A DNA stretch of 64,000 nt from a virus: positions 7,709 through 71,708 of the IMG/VR virus record IMGVR_UViG_3300001041_000020; one strand, written 5' to 3'. The notes under the pieces were generated by a model. That model made no database searches and was not told the DNA's origin. It worked only from the letters and a program-made list of their open reading frames with translations. Below, piece by piece: positions 55,141-64,000 of this stretch. Numbering within the stretch: position 1 is the first letter of the stretch; each line of letters opens with the position of its first letter. The position numbers and the translations under genes were made by a program.

Positions 55141-55465
55141 AGGTTGGGCCATAACCAAGGAACCCATCATGGTTAAAAAATATGAGATTCCCAAAGAATT
55201 AATGGTTGCTATCTCAAATCTAGATCTAAACGGATCGCAATGGAAAATACTATGGAATGTATTCATGAATAATTACGATAACGCATCGAAGGAAATGTCA
55301 TTAGTTACACTGACTGAGGCTACTGGATATTGCAAAAAACAGGTTCAAAGAGAGCTTAAGAGACTTTTTGAAAGAAGAATCCTAACGGAGACAATTAAAC
55401 CAGATTGCACGAATGCAAGGGTTATGAATATCAATAGATCCTTTACTGAATGGAAAATGCACTGA
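55121..55465 (+). CDS. Replication protein O N-terminal-like winged helix
   Basis: IPKELM.AI...DLNGSQWKIL; INRSFTEW. Confidence 0.6.
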   Translation: MEEFISKGWAITKEPIMVKKYEIPKELMVAISNLDLNGSQWKILWNVFMNNYDNASKEMSLVTLTEATGYCKKQVQRELKRLFERRILTETIKPDCTNARVMNINRSFTEWKMH

Positions 55466-55493
55466 GAAGGGAAAGGAATTGGGGGGCGAAAAC

Positions 55494-55976
55494 ATGCTCG
55501 ATAACACAACTATCCTCAAGGCCTTAAAAGAAAGGCATCCGGAAAACCAATGGGCGTTCTTTAGGGAGTTAAGGGTTGGAACAGGTTATCGAAACGTCAA
55601 GAAAGGGCTTAATCCAGAACAACGTCTTGACGCGTGGGCAATCAACCTTTATCCGAGCAAAAACTTCCTTCGTATAGCCTACGAGATTAAGGTAAGTCGT
55701 GGTGATTTCTTGCGAGAGATGAAGCAACCACAGAAACGAGAACAGGCATTACAACTCTCTAATTTGTTTTACTTCGTCACACCAGTTGGGTTAATCAAAC
55801 CCGAAGAGTTGCCTCCTGAGGCTGGACTCATCGAAGTCATAGATGAACAGCAAAGCAAGATTAAGGTTGTAGCTCCGGTCAGAGAAGGTGGCGAGCTGTC
55901 TTGGCAGTTTTTAGCATCGATAGCTAGGAGAGTTCAGGCAGAAGAAGGAGAGGTGTCTTTAACTCATGAAAATTAA
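55494..55976 (+). CDS. MmcB-like PD-(D/E)XK nuclease
   Basis: RLDAWA, YEIKVSRGDF, ELPPEAGLI. Confidence 0.75.
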   Translation: MLDNTTILKALKERHPENQWAFFRELRVGTGYRNVKKGLNPEQRLDAWAINLYPSKNFLRIAYEIKVSRGDFLREMKQPQKREQALQLSNLFYFVTPVGLIKPEELPPEAGLIEVIDEQQSKIKVVAPVREGGELSWQFLASIARRVQAEEGEVSLTHEN

Positions 55977-56139
55977 CGACCTCGGTAGCACCATATCTCA
56001 ATTATGGGTCGATGATACCTTCGAGTTTTCCTTAAACGGTAAATGTGACAAAGAGGGCAACGTGACGATAACGAGTTTATCCATTGTGCCGAAGGTTGAA
56101 GATAAGGAGTCATGCGCAGGGTTTAAGCAGAACGTGTAA
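55966..56139 (+). CDS. 57-aa hypothetical protein
   Basis: RBS GGAGAGG; ATG 55966. Confidence 0.4.
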   Translation: MKINDLGSTISQLWVDDTFEFSLNGKCDKEGNVTITSLSIVPKVEDKESCAGFKQNV

Positions 56140-56367
56140 GGAGGAATGAACTGTTGATTAGTAAAACCACTTGGTGGAAGATAGTTCAGGAAACAAAATC
56201 GACTCCCAACTGCAAATCCTGTCCACACTGTTACAACCATGTGTCAGAGTTGCCTTGTGCAAAGTGTAAACCATTAGGAAAGAGAGTGTGTTAGGTGAGT
56301 AAGCAAATGAACTGCCCGGGATGTGAAGCAGGGTGGGTTATTGAACGGTATTTGAGGGAGGAAGTAA

Positions 56368-56925
56368 ATGAAGACTCATTACCTAAAAACAACGCCTGAA
56401 TTTTTTCAAGACGTAAAATCGGGCGCGAAAATATTTGAAGTAAGGCTTAACGACCGAGATTATCAAGTCGGAGATACGGCAGTTTTGCAGGAGTGGTTGC
56501 CGCATACCGAACAATATAGCGGCGACGAGATAACTAAAAAAATCACATATATCCTCGATGATAAGGTGTATTGCTCACCTGGTTATGTGATTATGTCGTT
56601 AGGTGATATCTCTGATCATAGTTTGGTTTCCTTGCCGATCCTAAACTGCTTAAAACCAACAACTGTATCCTGCACATTTAAAGTCCTCGAAGAATTAGGA
56701 GAGCTTGTACAGTTGATCGGCAAGCACTCGGGTTTAAGTGGTGAAACTCCAACAATTAGCGAAGAAGTGCGGATAAGAAGAATGGTGCTTGAGTCTCTAG
56801 ATGTTGCACAGGCTGCCATAACGATGGCACACACACTGTGTGAATTACACGAACTATCGTTGGAGTCGTTTATTGAAAGTCATGGGAGGAAGCTTAGGCA
56901 GAAAGGGTATTTGGTGAACGTATGA
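56368..56925 (+). CDS. ASCH/DUF3850 domain fused to MazG-like domain
   Basis: HYLK..PEFF..V.SG.K.FEVR.NDRDYQVGD; KVLEELGEL...ESLDVAQ. Confidence 0.75.
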   Translation: MKTHYLKTTPEFFQDVKSGAKIFEVRLNDRDYQVGDTAVLQEWLPHTEQYSGDEITKKITYILDDKVYCSPGYVIMSLGDISDHSLVSLPILNCLKPTTVSCTFKVLEELGELVQLIGKHSGLSGETPTISEEVRIRRMVLESLDVAQAAITMAHTLCELHELSLESFIESHGRKLRQKGYLVNV

Positions 56926-57110
56926 AAATAATCCTAGCCATAAACGGAAGTTATTGCACAGGTCAAGACAAGGGATTAATACTCGGAAAACGCAACGATG
57001 CAGTGACAGTGGATAAGTCAGGAATAGTGGCAACTCTTCGAATGTTGGCCGACCTGGTTGAAAATAACGAGTTCGATCTAAAACGGTTTGAGATACTCAA
57101 GCCTAAGTAA
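56922..57110 (+). CDS. Hypothetical protein
   Basis: Coupled ORF. Confidence 0.5.
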   Translation: MKIILAINGSYCTGQDKGLILGKRNDAVTVDKSGIVATLRMLADLVENNEFDLKRFEILKPK

Positions 57111-57348
57111 GGGGTGTTTTGCGATAAGGGAACCTAATCAAACGCCAATAAACCAAGAAAAGGTGAAAGAACTTCTGGCTAAAATTCCACCTCAAAAGGC
57201 ATGCGCACTCTCAATGATTAGCGGAGGATCAATTCCTTGCAAAAAAGAAGGGTGCGCTTGGTGGGTGACTAGCACGGGGATGTGTGTTGTTAAGGATCTT
57301 GCTCATACTCTGAAGTTGATTGCAGGAGGTAAGGCAGATGCCTTGTAA
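57088..57348 (+). CDS. Hypothetical Cys-rich protein
   Basis: CKKEGCAWW. Confidence 0.45.
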   Translation: MRYSSLSKGCFAIREPNQTPINQEKVKELLAKIPPQKACALSMISGGSIPCKKEGCAWWVTSTGMCVVKDLAHTLKLIAGGKADAL

Positions 57349-57466
57349 GTGCCTAACCTTCTGCAAGGGACAAGCTTGCGTATGCAACGGATGTAAGTTA
57401 AAGGGTGAGTGCAAATATGTCTATACCGGTGATTGTCGATGGATTGAGATTGGAGGACTGAAGTAG

Positions 57467-58087
57467 ATGGCTGAAATTACCGTAAAGCTGACTGAAGAAC
57501 AAGAGAAGTTCCTGAAACTCTTTGCCAATAACCACTATCCAAACGCAAAGGACAACCTGTGTACCTCTCAACCGATACACGTCGTTCAATCATACAATCC
57601 TCACTATATTCCTTATGCGGAGAATACGGCAGAATACTTTGATGCCGATGATTTGAGATTTTGCTGGGATACTGACGATTATTCTGAATGGTTCAAAAGT
57701 GATATTGAAGCCATTAAGAGTTACTACGATTATCAGGACGAAGTTTGTCTGATGCCAATAAAACCGTTCAATCAAGTCGAATTCTCCGACATGATCAAGG
57801 TTGACGGAAATGATATCCACGTAACAGATTATGATGATTATTTCCGGGCTTATGGTATTGAAAATATGATCATGGCGTGGGAACACGAGGAGTGGAAGGA
57901 TATAGCTTACTTTTTTATTCTAGAAGAAGCTAATAAGTATATGAAATACCAATCTCATAACCTGAAAAGCCCAAGAACATATACACTCCATGGCGGTTAT
58001 GGAAATATTGGTGAGTATCATCACTTTTGGGAGTTACTATTTGGTATGGGCAAGCAACTGAACGAAACCCCTGAGACACAAAAATGA
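57467..58087 (+). CDS. Hypothetical phage protein
   Basis: DNLCTSQPIHVVQ...YQSHNL; RBS GGAGG. Confidence 0.7.
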   Translation: MAEITVKLTEEQEKFLKLFANNHYPNAKDNLCTSQPIHVVQSYNPHYIPYAENTAEYFDADDLRFCWDTDDYSEWFKSDIEAIKSYYDYQDEVCLMPIKPFNQVEFSDMIKVDGNDIHVTDYDDYFRAYGIENMIMAWEHEEWKDIAYFFILEEANKYMKYQSHNLKSPRTYTLHGGYGNIGEYHHFWELLFGMGKQLNETPETQK

Positions 58088-58174
58088 GCAATGAAGAAAT
58101 CAGGCGTCGATTGAAAGTCTTATGGGAAATGTATCTCAGTCAACCAGACGTGAACAACCAAAAGAGGTGTGACG

Positions 58175-58348
58175 ATGAAGACCGTAACATACAAGGGTGA
58201 GAGATATACGGTTAGTGTTCCGAGGCCCGTTGGTGAAGGAATGCACACGTGCGACGCATGGAAGCAAAGGACGGGCAAGGAAATCAAAAGCGCTGACATG
58301 CTCGACAAGTTGGCAAAGGCTTGGTTTAAGGCAAGGGGAAGGAGATAG
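58175..58348 (+). CDS. 57-aa hypothetical protein
   Basis: RBS GAGG; MKTVTYKGERY. Confidence 0.45.
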   Translation: MKTVTYKGERYTVSVPRPVGEGMHTCDAWKQRTGKEIKSADMLDKLAKAWFKARGRR

Positions 58349-58353
58349 GATTA

Positions 58354-58728
58354 TTGGCTACAGCAGAACGAATTATCATAGTTTGCGGGGGAGATTATCC
58401 ACTACTTGCATCGTTGTATAACGGGTGCGAAATTGCCATTGAGGGCATTGTAGATGTGTTTATTCCTGTACCAGAAAAGGCATCTGAAGCATTCAGGGAG
58501 ATTTGCGAGATGTTCGACGATGTGCTTATAGAAACAACGTGGGATCGTCCTAAATGGTACAACCCGATCGACCGCCATAACTACCGCAAGATCCACCACA
58601 TTACGCCGAAGCAAGTTGTGAAGCGGAGAGATAGGCAGAGGGAAAGCCGCCGTTCCCTTGATGGTTTAAGCCCTAAAAATGAGATTATTGATACCGATCC
58701 TGAAGAGTTGGAGGTGATAGTCTCTTAA
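58354..58728 (+). CDS. Hypothetical protein
   Basis: RBS GGAG. Confidence 0.5.
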   Translation: MATAERIIIVCGGDYPLLASLYNGCEIAIEGIVDVFIPVPEKASEAFREICEMFDDVLIETTWDRPKWYNPIDRHNYRKIHHITPKQVVKRRDRQRESRRSLDGLSPKNEIIDTDPEELEVIVS

Positions 58729-59156
58729 TGGATGCGATCTTAACGACCAGGAGTTTCCTTGAAACTCTAAACGTCGTCGAAAAGGATTGGGGTACTTGGG
58801 TAGATGGCCTAAAACTATGTGATGCGGAAACACAAGACCTTCTGCACGAAATAGAGTTGACTAATTTTGATAGACGTCGTGGTCATCAACTCTGCAAACA
58901 ACTCCAAGAGGTGAGAAAACGCAGGCGGAATCTTAAAGAGAAAATGGAATTACTCAGAAGCATTAAGGAGTTCGCGGACTGCAATAAGCAACTAAAAATC
59001 AGCTTATTCAAGACACTGACCAGCATGGAGAAAACAGAGGAGAGCCAAGGGGAAAGGTCATATTATCCGAGGGTTAGGAATGATCTTGAACTTGCGAAGG
59101 ATAGGGAGGATATCCAGAGTCAGGAGGTGCGTGGTGAATGTTGTGCAGAATCTTAG
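58728..59156 (+). CDS. Coiled-coil phage protein
   Basis: QDLLHEIEL...RKRRR..K...Y.PRV. Confidence 0.7.
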   Translation: MDAILTTRSFLETLNVVEKDWGTWVDGLKLCDAETQDLLHEIELTNFDRRRGHQLCKQLQEVRKRRRNLKEKMELLRSIKEFADCNKQLKISLFKTLTSMEKTEESQGERSYYPRVRNDLELAKDREDIQSQEVRGECCAES

Positions 59157-59377
59157 ATATGATCAGCAAGGTTAGTGTTTTTATGTTCCTGTTCTGCCTC
59201 TTAATCATGGTGCAGAAACATATCCTTTGGTTATTTTTCTCTGATCTCAAGGCATGGGGAACAATCGGTATATTTTATGTCTATGAATTAGCGATATCGA
59301 CAGTCGCGATATGCTTGATCCACTTCTTTGTAACGATTAGTTCACCTTGGGAAAAATATATCAAGATGGAGGGGTAG
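59138..59377 (+). CDS. Small two-TM membrane protein
   Basis: Hydrophobic segments; RBS GGAGG. Confidence 0.5.
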   Translation: MLCRILDMISKVSVFMFLFCLLIMVQKHILWLFFSDLKAWGTIGIFYVYELAISTVAICLIHFFVTISSPWEKYIKMEG

Positions 59378-59381
59378 GAAG

Positions 59382-59933
59382 ATGACAATACAAGAATTCG
59401 CAAAGATGCTAGACGGCCGGGAAATGGGAAACGAAATGACTTGGGAACAAAAAGAACAGGCGAAGAAATTAGGGTTCGTTGTGATTTTTGGGTACTCCGA
59501 TGATAACACCATAATCCAAGGGGTCATTACGGATGAAGTTGGTTGCATCGATGGCGGGGAAATCTATCTTAATGAAAGAGGAATATTCGAAAAGTGTGAT
59601 TACGAATGCAGCCATTCTGAATTAGCGAAGGAAAAATGTAAGCGAATAGAAATTGTTTGGCATAACGAAGGGGAATATTGCTGGACATATGATACCGATA
59701 TACCCCACGCCATATTTAATATCATGGAAGATGGAACTGGGTACTGCAAGGGCATCGTGTTTGATATTAAGAATTTAGGGGAGGAAGTTAAGACTAGATT
59801 ATATATAGATATACCTTGCGATTATGAGTTCTGCGCAAATACGGCTATAACAACCAACGAACAGGCTGAAGACTGCCGGAAAGTTAAGGGTATCGATATA
59901 GTGAAGAGTTGCGAATGGAAGGTGCCGTTTTGA
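59382..59933 (+). CDS. Conserved phage hypothetical protein
   Basis: LDGRE, VIFGYSDD, WTYDTDIPHA.F.I.ED...C.GIVF. Confidence 0.7.
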   Translation: MTIQEFAKMLDGREMGNEMTWEQKEQAKKLGFVVIFGYSDDNTIIQGVITDEVGCIDGGEIYLNERGIFEKCDYECSHSELAKEKCKRIEIVWHNEGEYCWTYDTDIPHAIFNIMEDGTGYCKGIVFDIKNLGEEVKTRLYIDIPCDYEFCANTAITTNEQAEDCRKVKGIDIVKSCEWKVPF

Positions 59934-59991
59934 AGCTATGGTAGCGATAATGAGTTATTGGGAAACGGAATCAGAGGAGGAAATAAGGTAA

Positions 59992-60240
59992 ATGCCTAAA
60001 GTTACGGATAACCAGACGCTTAACAACGTCGATGAGGGTAAGGTTTTAACTGAGGTGAAATACAGAGATTTGGCGGATTTAATTTTCATACTTCAGGATC
60101 AAGCTAATCTCTACCATGATCAGGATGAATGTTGCGACGAGTTAACAGTTAATCAATTTACAGAGTGGCTTCTCACAATGAAGGGGTCGGTTGAGTTGAT
60201 TGAATATGTACCAAGGCCGAAGTTGGAGGGTGAGCTATGA
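59992..60240 (+). CDS. Hypothetical protein
   Basis: RBS GGAGG. Confidence 0.55.
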   Translation: MPKVTDNQTLNNVDEGKVLTEVKYRDLADLIFILQDQANLYHDQDECCDELTVNQFTEWLLTMKGSVELIEYVPRPKLEGEL

Positions 60241-60485
60241 AAAACACATTAGGTGATCTAAATAATCATCTATTCGCCCAACTAGAACGCTTAGGAGAAG
60301 AAGAGCTCAAAGGTGAAGCGCTGCAAGAAGAAATCAGTAGAGCAAAATCAATTTCAGATATCGCAACGCAAGTTATCGCGAACGGGTCACTGGTACTAAA
60401 GGCAAGTTTAGCCATAAATGACGGCGACATAAGGGCTAGCGACACAAAGTCTAAAGGAAGATTACTCGAATTGCTTGGAGGTTGA
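60237..60485 (+). CDS. Conserved phage protein paired with HNH
   Basis: KNTLGDLNNHLFAQLERL. Confidence 0.75.
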   Translation: MKNTLGDLNNHLFAQLERLGEEELKGEALQEEISRAKSISDIATQVIANGSLVLKASLAINDGDIRASDTKSKGRLLELLGG

Positions 60486-60488
60486 TTT

Positions 60489-61112
60489 ATGAGCAATCGT
60501 AAATATAACGCTGAGCATATCGAATATTTAAAGGCCAACATCCCAGGACGAAGCTTCAAGGAATTAACAGCTATGTTCAATGAGCGATTCGGAATGGATT
60601 TAAAGATTGCGGCAGTGATTTCGTTATGCGATCGGCATGGACTGCATAACGGGCGCGACACGAAGTTGAATAAGGGCTATGCACCTACGCAATTCAAAAA
60701 GGGACATGTGCCAGCCAACAAAGGTCTGAAAGGCGTAGGTGGATGGGAACCAACGCAGTTTAAAAAGGGGAATAAGCCAGCCAATTGGGTGCCAATAGGG
60801 TCTGAAAGGGTAAATGGAGACGGCTATGTAGATATCAAAATTACAGACGGTAAATTGCAGAAAAACTGGAAGGGCAAGCACATCTTGATCTGGGAGACAG
60901 CTAACGGGCCTGTACCAAAAGGACACGTAGTGATTTTTGGGGATAAAAACAACCGAAATTTTGACATTAGCAATCTCATCCTTGTTTCCCGAAAGCAGCT
61001 CGTGAGGCTAAACAAGCTTAATCTAATTCAAGATGATGCCGATCTAACCAGGACAGGGATTATCATCGTTGATATTTATAACAAAATCGGCGAGAGGAAG
61101 AAAAGCAAATAA
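60489..61112 (+). CDS. HNH endonuclease-family protein
   Basis: FKKG.P.N repeats, KH.LIWE..NGPVPKG, D.NNRNF..SNL. Confidence 0.85.
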   Translation: MSNRKYNAEHIEYLKANIPGRSFKELTAMFNERFGMDLKIAAVISLCDRHGLHNGRDTKLNKGYAPTQFKKGHVPANKGLKGVGGWEPTQFKKGNKPANWVPIGSERVNGDGYVDIKITDGKLQKNWKGKHILIWETANGPVPKGHVVIFGDKNNRNFDISNLILVSRKQLVRLNKLNLIQDDADLTRTGIIIVDIYNKIGERKKSK

Positions 61113-61180
61113 GTAGATATAAGTCCTTGTGGATTAAATGTGGATAAAGGGGTGAATTAATTAGACGGAGGTGGCCAAGT

Positions 61181-61699
61181 ATGAAAAAGCTAATCGATGA
61201 GTATCGAATTACTCTAAGACGTGTCAATAGAGCAAGAATAGGGGCCACCAAGGAGGATAGATCATTACTCGCAAGCTGTGCGGACGGCTTAACCTTCTCT
61301 ATTAAGTATATGGAAATGGGCAAGCATCCGGATAGTCGGCGAGGGATTGCTAGGCTAAGTGGTATGCAAAGGGAGATACCAGTGGATCCGCGGAACGTGG
61401 CTTTTGTTCGGGAGGCTGCAATGCAGCGTCGGCCAACAGAAGCTAGCGAGAGGACGCAAAGGGCTATCAATGATTTAGGGATAGTGCTTAAGAAACTAAC
61501 CGCTAAGGAGTTGGAGGCATATTCCTTTGTTAGAAGTAGTGGCTACTCTTTTCAAGAAGCAGCAGAGCTGATGAAGATACAAAAAGGGACGGTGCAAATT
61601 CTGGTTAGAAGGGCAGAGGAAAAGATTCGTAAGATGGTATCGGATCTAACAGACCATGGGATTACCTTTAAGCAAGATATCCAGTTAGAAATGTTCTGA
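61181..61699 (+). CDS. Sigma70 region-4-like late transcription activator
   Basis: LTAKELEAY...GYSFQEAAELMKIQKGTVQ...RAEEKI at end of early operon. Confidence 0.8.
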   Translation: MKKLIDEYRITLRRVNRARIGATKEDRSLLASCADGLTFSIKYMEMGKHPDSRRGIARLSGMQREIPVDPRNVAFVREAAMQRRPTEASERTQRAINDLGIVLKKLTAKELEAYSFVRSSGYSFQEAAELMKIQKGTVQILVRRAEEKIRKMVSDLTDHGITFKQDIQLEMF

Positions 61700-61742
61700 T
61701 TTTGTCTTACGATTGCCACCTATATATAAGGGATGTTTTATT

Positions 61743-61768
61743 CAAGGGCCTTCGGGCTCTTTTCTTTT
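61743..61768 (+). terminator. Hairpin terminator
   Basis: AAGGGCC-TTCG-GGCTCTT followed by T-run. Confidence 0.7.
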
Positions 61769-62252
61769 GGAGAAGAATAGGAGTTGAGAATCTTGGCTAA
61801 GCGAACGAGGATTGAGCCAACCCTTTTCCAATGCTCAAGGTGTAAGAAGAAGTACTTCTCTTATCTGAAAAGAATGTGGTGTCCGGAGTGTACAAAGGAG
61901 AAAGACGAGAGTGTGGGGTCGGATGATGCGGGCGAATCGGAGGATAGTTGATGCAAGGAGGATTTAAAAGCAAATAGTAGCTTGGAAATGCACAAATTGT
62001 GGTCAACCGGTTGATGGTGACGAAAACCTAAAAGATGGCACACGATGCCCGTTATGCAAGGGGATGCTTGAGCTTGTAGGTGAGCATGAGGATAAGCCGC
62101 GAGGATTAACCGTGAGTGTGGATATGAAGGGGTTAGACCAATTCAAGCTAATCCTTAGCGTTGTTGGTGAGTTGATCGCGGATGAACGCATTTGTAAATC
62201 TATCAGGATGGAATATGCGAGCAAGATTATTCTGAAGGGATAGTTCGATATA

Positions 62253-62546
62253 ATGGCGAGACATCCAGAGGTATACAAAAACAAAGACTGGCCAAAGGTA
62301 AGGCAGTTTGTAATTATTAGAGCTAATGGTCTTTGCGAGCAATGTGGTACTAAGGGGATCATTAAGTCTGGCAAGGAAGTTGATCACATCATTGAGCTAA
62401 CTGATGAGAATAAGTGTGATTGGAACATAGCTTACAACCCGGATAACCTACAATACTTATGTCCTGATTGCCACAATCATAAAAGCGGAAGAAGCACTGG
62501 ATTACAGAACTTTTTAATACCACCGTCCAAGGATGGTAATACGTAG
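62253..62546 (+). CDS. Terminase-associated HNH endonuclease (HK97 gp74-like)
   Basis: LCEQC, VDHI, NLQYLCPDCHN. Confidence 0.88.
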   Translation: MARHPEVYKNKDWPKVRQFVIIRANGLCEQCGTKGIIKSGKEVDHIIELTDENKCDWNIAYNPDNLQYLCPDCHNHKSGRSTGLQNFLIPPSKDGNT

Positions 62547-62569
62547 ACCAAAAGGCAGAGTGATATTGA

Positions 62570-63982
62570 TTGATATGCGGAACCTGTAAGGACGAAAAAC
62601 CGGACAACGAATTCACAAAGCTTAACGTGAGTAAGGATGGAACTAAAGGCCTATGTAGGAGCTGCAAAAAGGAACGAGATATTAAACATTCAGTCATAAA
62701 GAAAGCTAATAATCAAAGACTTCCATTTTTCGAATTAACCCCAAACTTAATAAAAAGAATTAAAGCGAGGATCGGAGTCCTTAACCTTCATAAGTTCTCT
62801 GATAGGGAAAATACAAAAGGTATCCCGATGGTTAATATGTCAAACGTGGGGCTAAATGCAATCCTTAAGGAACTTGGTGAACCATACGAATATTGCGATG
62901 CCAAGCAGATCAACGACTACGAGTACATCTTATTGTCATTAACAAGTGTTATGGATGTAGAAAATTTGATTTACACATTCGAGAAATATGCACCAACGGA
63001 TATCAAGGCCAAGGTCATTGTTGGTGGCTTTGGGGTTTGCAATATTAAGCTAATTATTCCATACATCGACGTTGCAGCCTTCGGTAGGGTTGAGGGACAA
63101 ATAAAGGAAATCATTGAAGGGAAGAGGCTCGATAATGTATGGAGAAAGACGGATGATCCTCATATCGAAAACAGATATACAATCCGCCAGACACAGTACC
63201 TGGTAGATGGCGAAATAGGAGTAGGGTGTAGAAATCATTGCAGGTACTGCCAATACACTCACATAAGGTGCCAGATACACGATAATACAATATATAATCC
63301 AGGTAGTAAGATAGCGTCGATAGAATCAGATTGGAGGGCATTGGATGCCACAAGAGCCGGACGATATACTACAGCCTGGGATGGGTGGTCTGATTCAACC
63401 CGCAAGATGGTATGCAAGCCAGTAACAGACAAGGCAATCGTTGCTAAGTTAATAGACCTTGGCAATAGGGATATCAGCGGGGCTCTTAATATAAAAGTCT
63501 TTCAGATTGTCGGATATCCTTGGGAGACGGAGGAATCAGTAGTCGACGACATGGAGAAATGCAAGGGTATATTCAGAGAAGTCAATGACAACATAAAGAA
63601 TAAGATTGTTCTATCGTTCCTTAACACACCATTTGGGCCAGAACCAATAACACCAATGCAGTATGATGCGGCAAACATTGAGACATCATGGCGCGTTGTC
63701 GTTAGGCCAGATGAGTATTATGTTGGCGAAAAAGTAATGGCTCATATCGTGCCATTTATAACCGGTTCGTTTACATTGTTAAAGCGTGTCTTCATCCACA
63801 GGGCAGAGGTTAAGGATCTTGACCTCTTTAAGAACATAGCGTTCTCTAGCAAGCTAAGGAGGATGCCTGATACCGATAAGATTAAGTGGTTACTTAAATA
63901 TAGAGTTATTGATGCTAAAATGTTTGGCAAGATTGAAAGCGCAGCGTTCGATTATCTGATCCCCCCGGGGTCAATAATATAA
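62570..63982 (+). CDS. Radical SAM protein with N-terminal Zn finger and possible cobalamin-binding-like domain
   Basis: GCRNHCRYC (CxxxCxxC), VIVGG, IVGYPWETEE. Confidence 0.75.
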   Translation: MICGTCKDEKPDNEFTKLNVSKDGTKGLCRSCKKERDIKHSVIKKANNQRLPFFELTPNLIKRIKARIGVLNLHKFSDRENTKGIPMVNMSNVGLNAILKELGEPYEYCDAKQINDYEYILLSLTSVMDVENLIYTFEKYAPTDIKAKVIVGGFGVCNIKLIIPYIDVAAFGRVEGQIKEIIEGKRLDNVWRKTDDPHIENRYTIRQTQYLVDGEIGVGCRNHCRYCQYTHIRCQIHDNTIYNPGSKIASIESDWRALDATRAGRYTTAWDGWSDSTRKMVCKPVTDKAIVAKLIDLGNRDISGALNIKVFQIVGYPWETEESVVDDMEKCKGIFREVNDNIKNKIVLSFLNTPFGPEPITPMQYDAANIETSWRVVVRPDEYYVGEKVMAHIVPFITGSFTLLKRVFIHRAEVKDLDLFKNIAFSSKLRRMPDTDKIKWLLKYRVIDAKMFGKIESAAFDYLIPPGSII

Positions 63983-64000
63983 TGAATTAGTCGAGGGGAC

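Larger units (their letters stand above)
1..64000. mobile_element. Temperate myovirus genome (partial), excised/virion gene order
   Basis: Continuous phage modules (tail, lysis, integrase, CI/Cro, replication, HNH); no host housekeeping genes; attP intact in the middle. Confidence 0.93.

Noticed and set aside
61700-62250. tRNA genes after the late regulator
   Set aside because: No cloverleaf or T-loop GTTCGA pattern found by eye.
21-63930. Numerous antisense and overlapping ORFs in the six-frame track (e.g. 1883-2467, 3838-4404, 10887-11381, 43654-44145)
   Set aside because: Shadows of well-supported genes on the other strand, without RBS or motifs.
63958-64000. cos site
   Set aside because: CCCCCCGGGG after the HNH region is suggestive, but the window ends and the terminase is not visible.

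Overview
The whole window is one temperate contractile-tailed (myovirus, PBSX/Xkd-like tail) phage genome from a spore-forming clostridial host; Peptococcaceae-like (Desulfosporosinus/Desulfitobacterium) is an inference from protein style. It appears to be in excised/virion gene order: tail and baseplate genes (1-10.9 kb), a recombinase-associated cassette locus (10.9-15.5 kb), lysis (15.6-17.5 kb), a large accessory region (17.6-31.5 kb), an intact attP whose core matches a groEL 3' end, integrase and CI/Cro switch (31.5-34 kb), an early/replication operon (34-61.7 kb), then a terminase-associated HNH and a radical SAM gene near the presumed packaging end. Best candidate for an undescribed system: a Xer-family recombinase beside an array of directly repeated dif-like sites that bound single-gene cassettes, with one site inside the tail-fibre gene at its constant/variable junction. 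Other highlights: a pilin-like/M23/VirB4-like ATPase operon, a hammerhead-ribozyme-like motif, a catalytically degenerate tyrosine recombinase, a Kiwa-like gene pair, IbrAB, and a Spo0A C-terminal-domain protein. All family calls come from motif recognition by eye; no searches were run.
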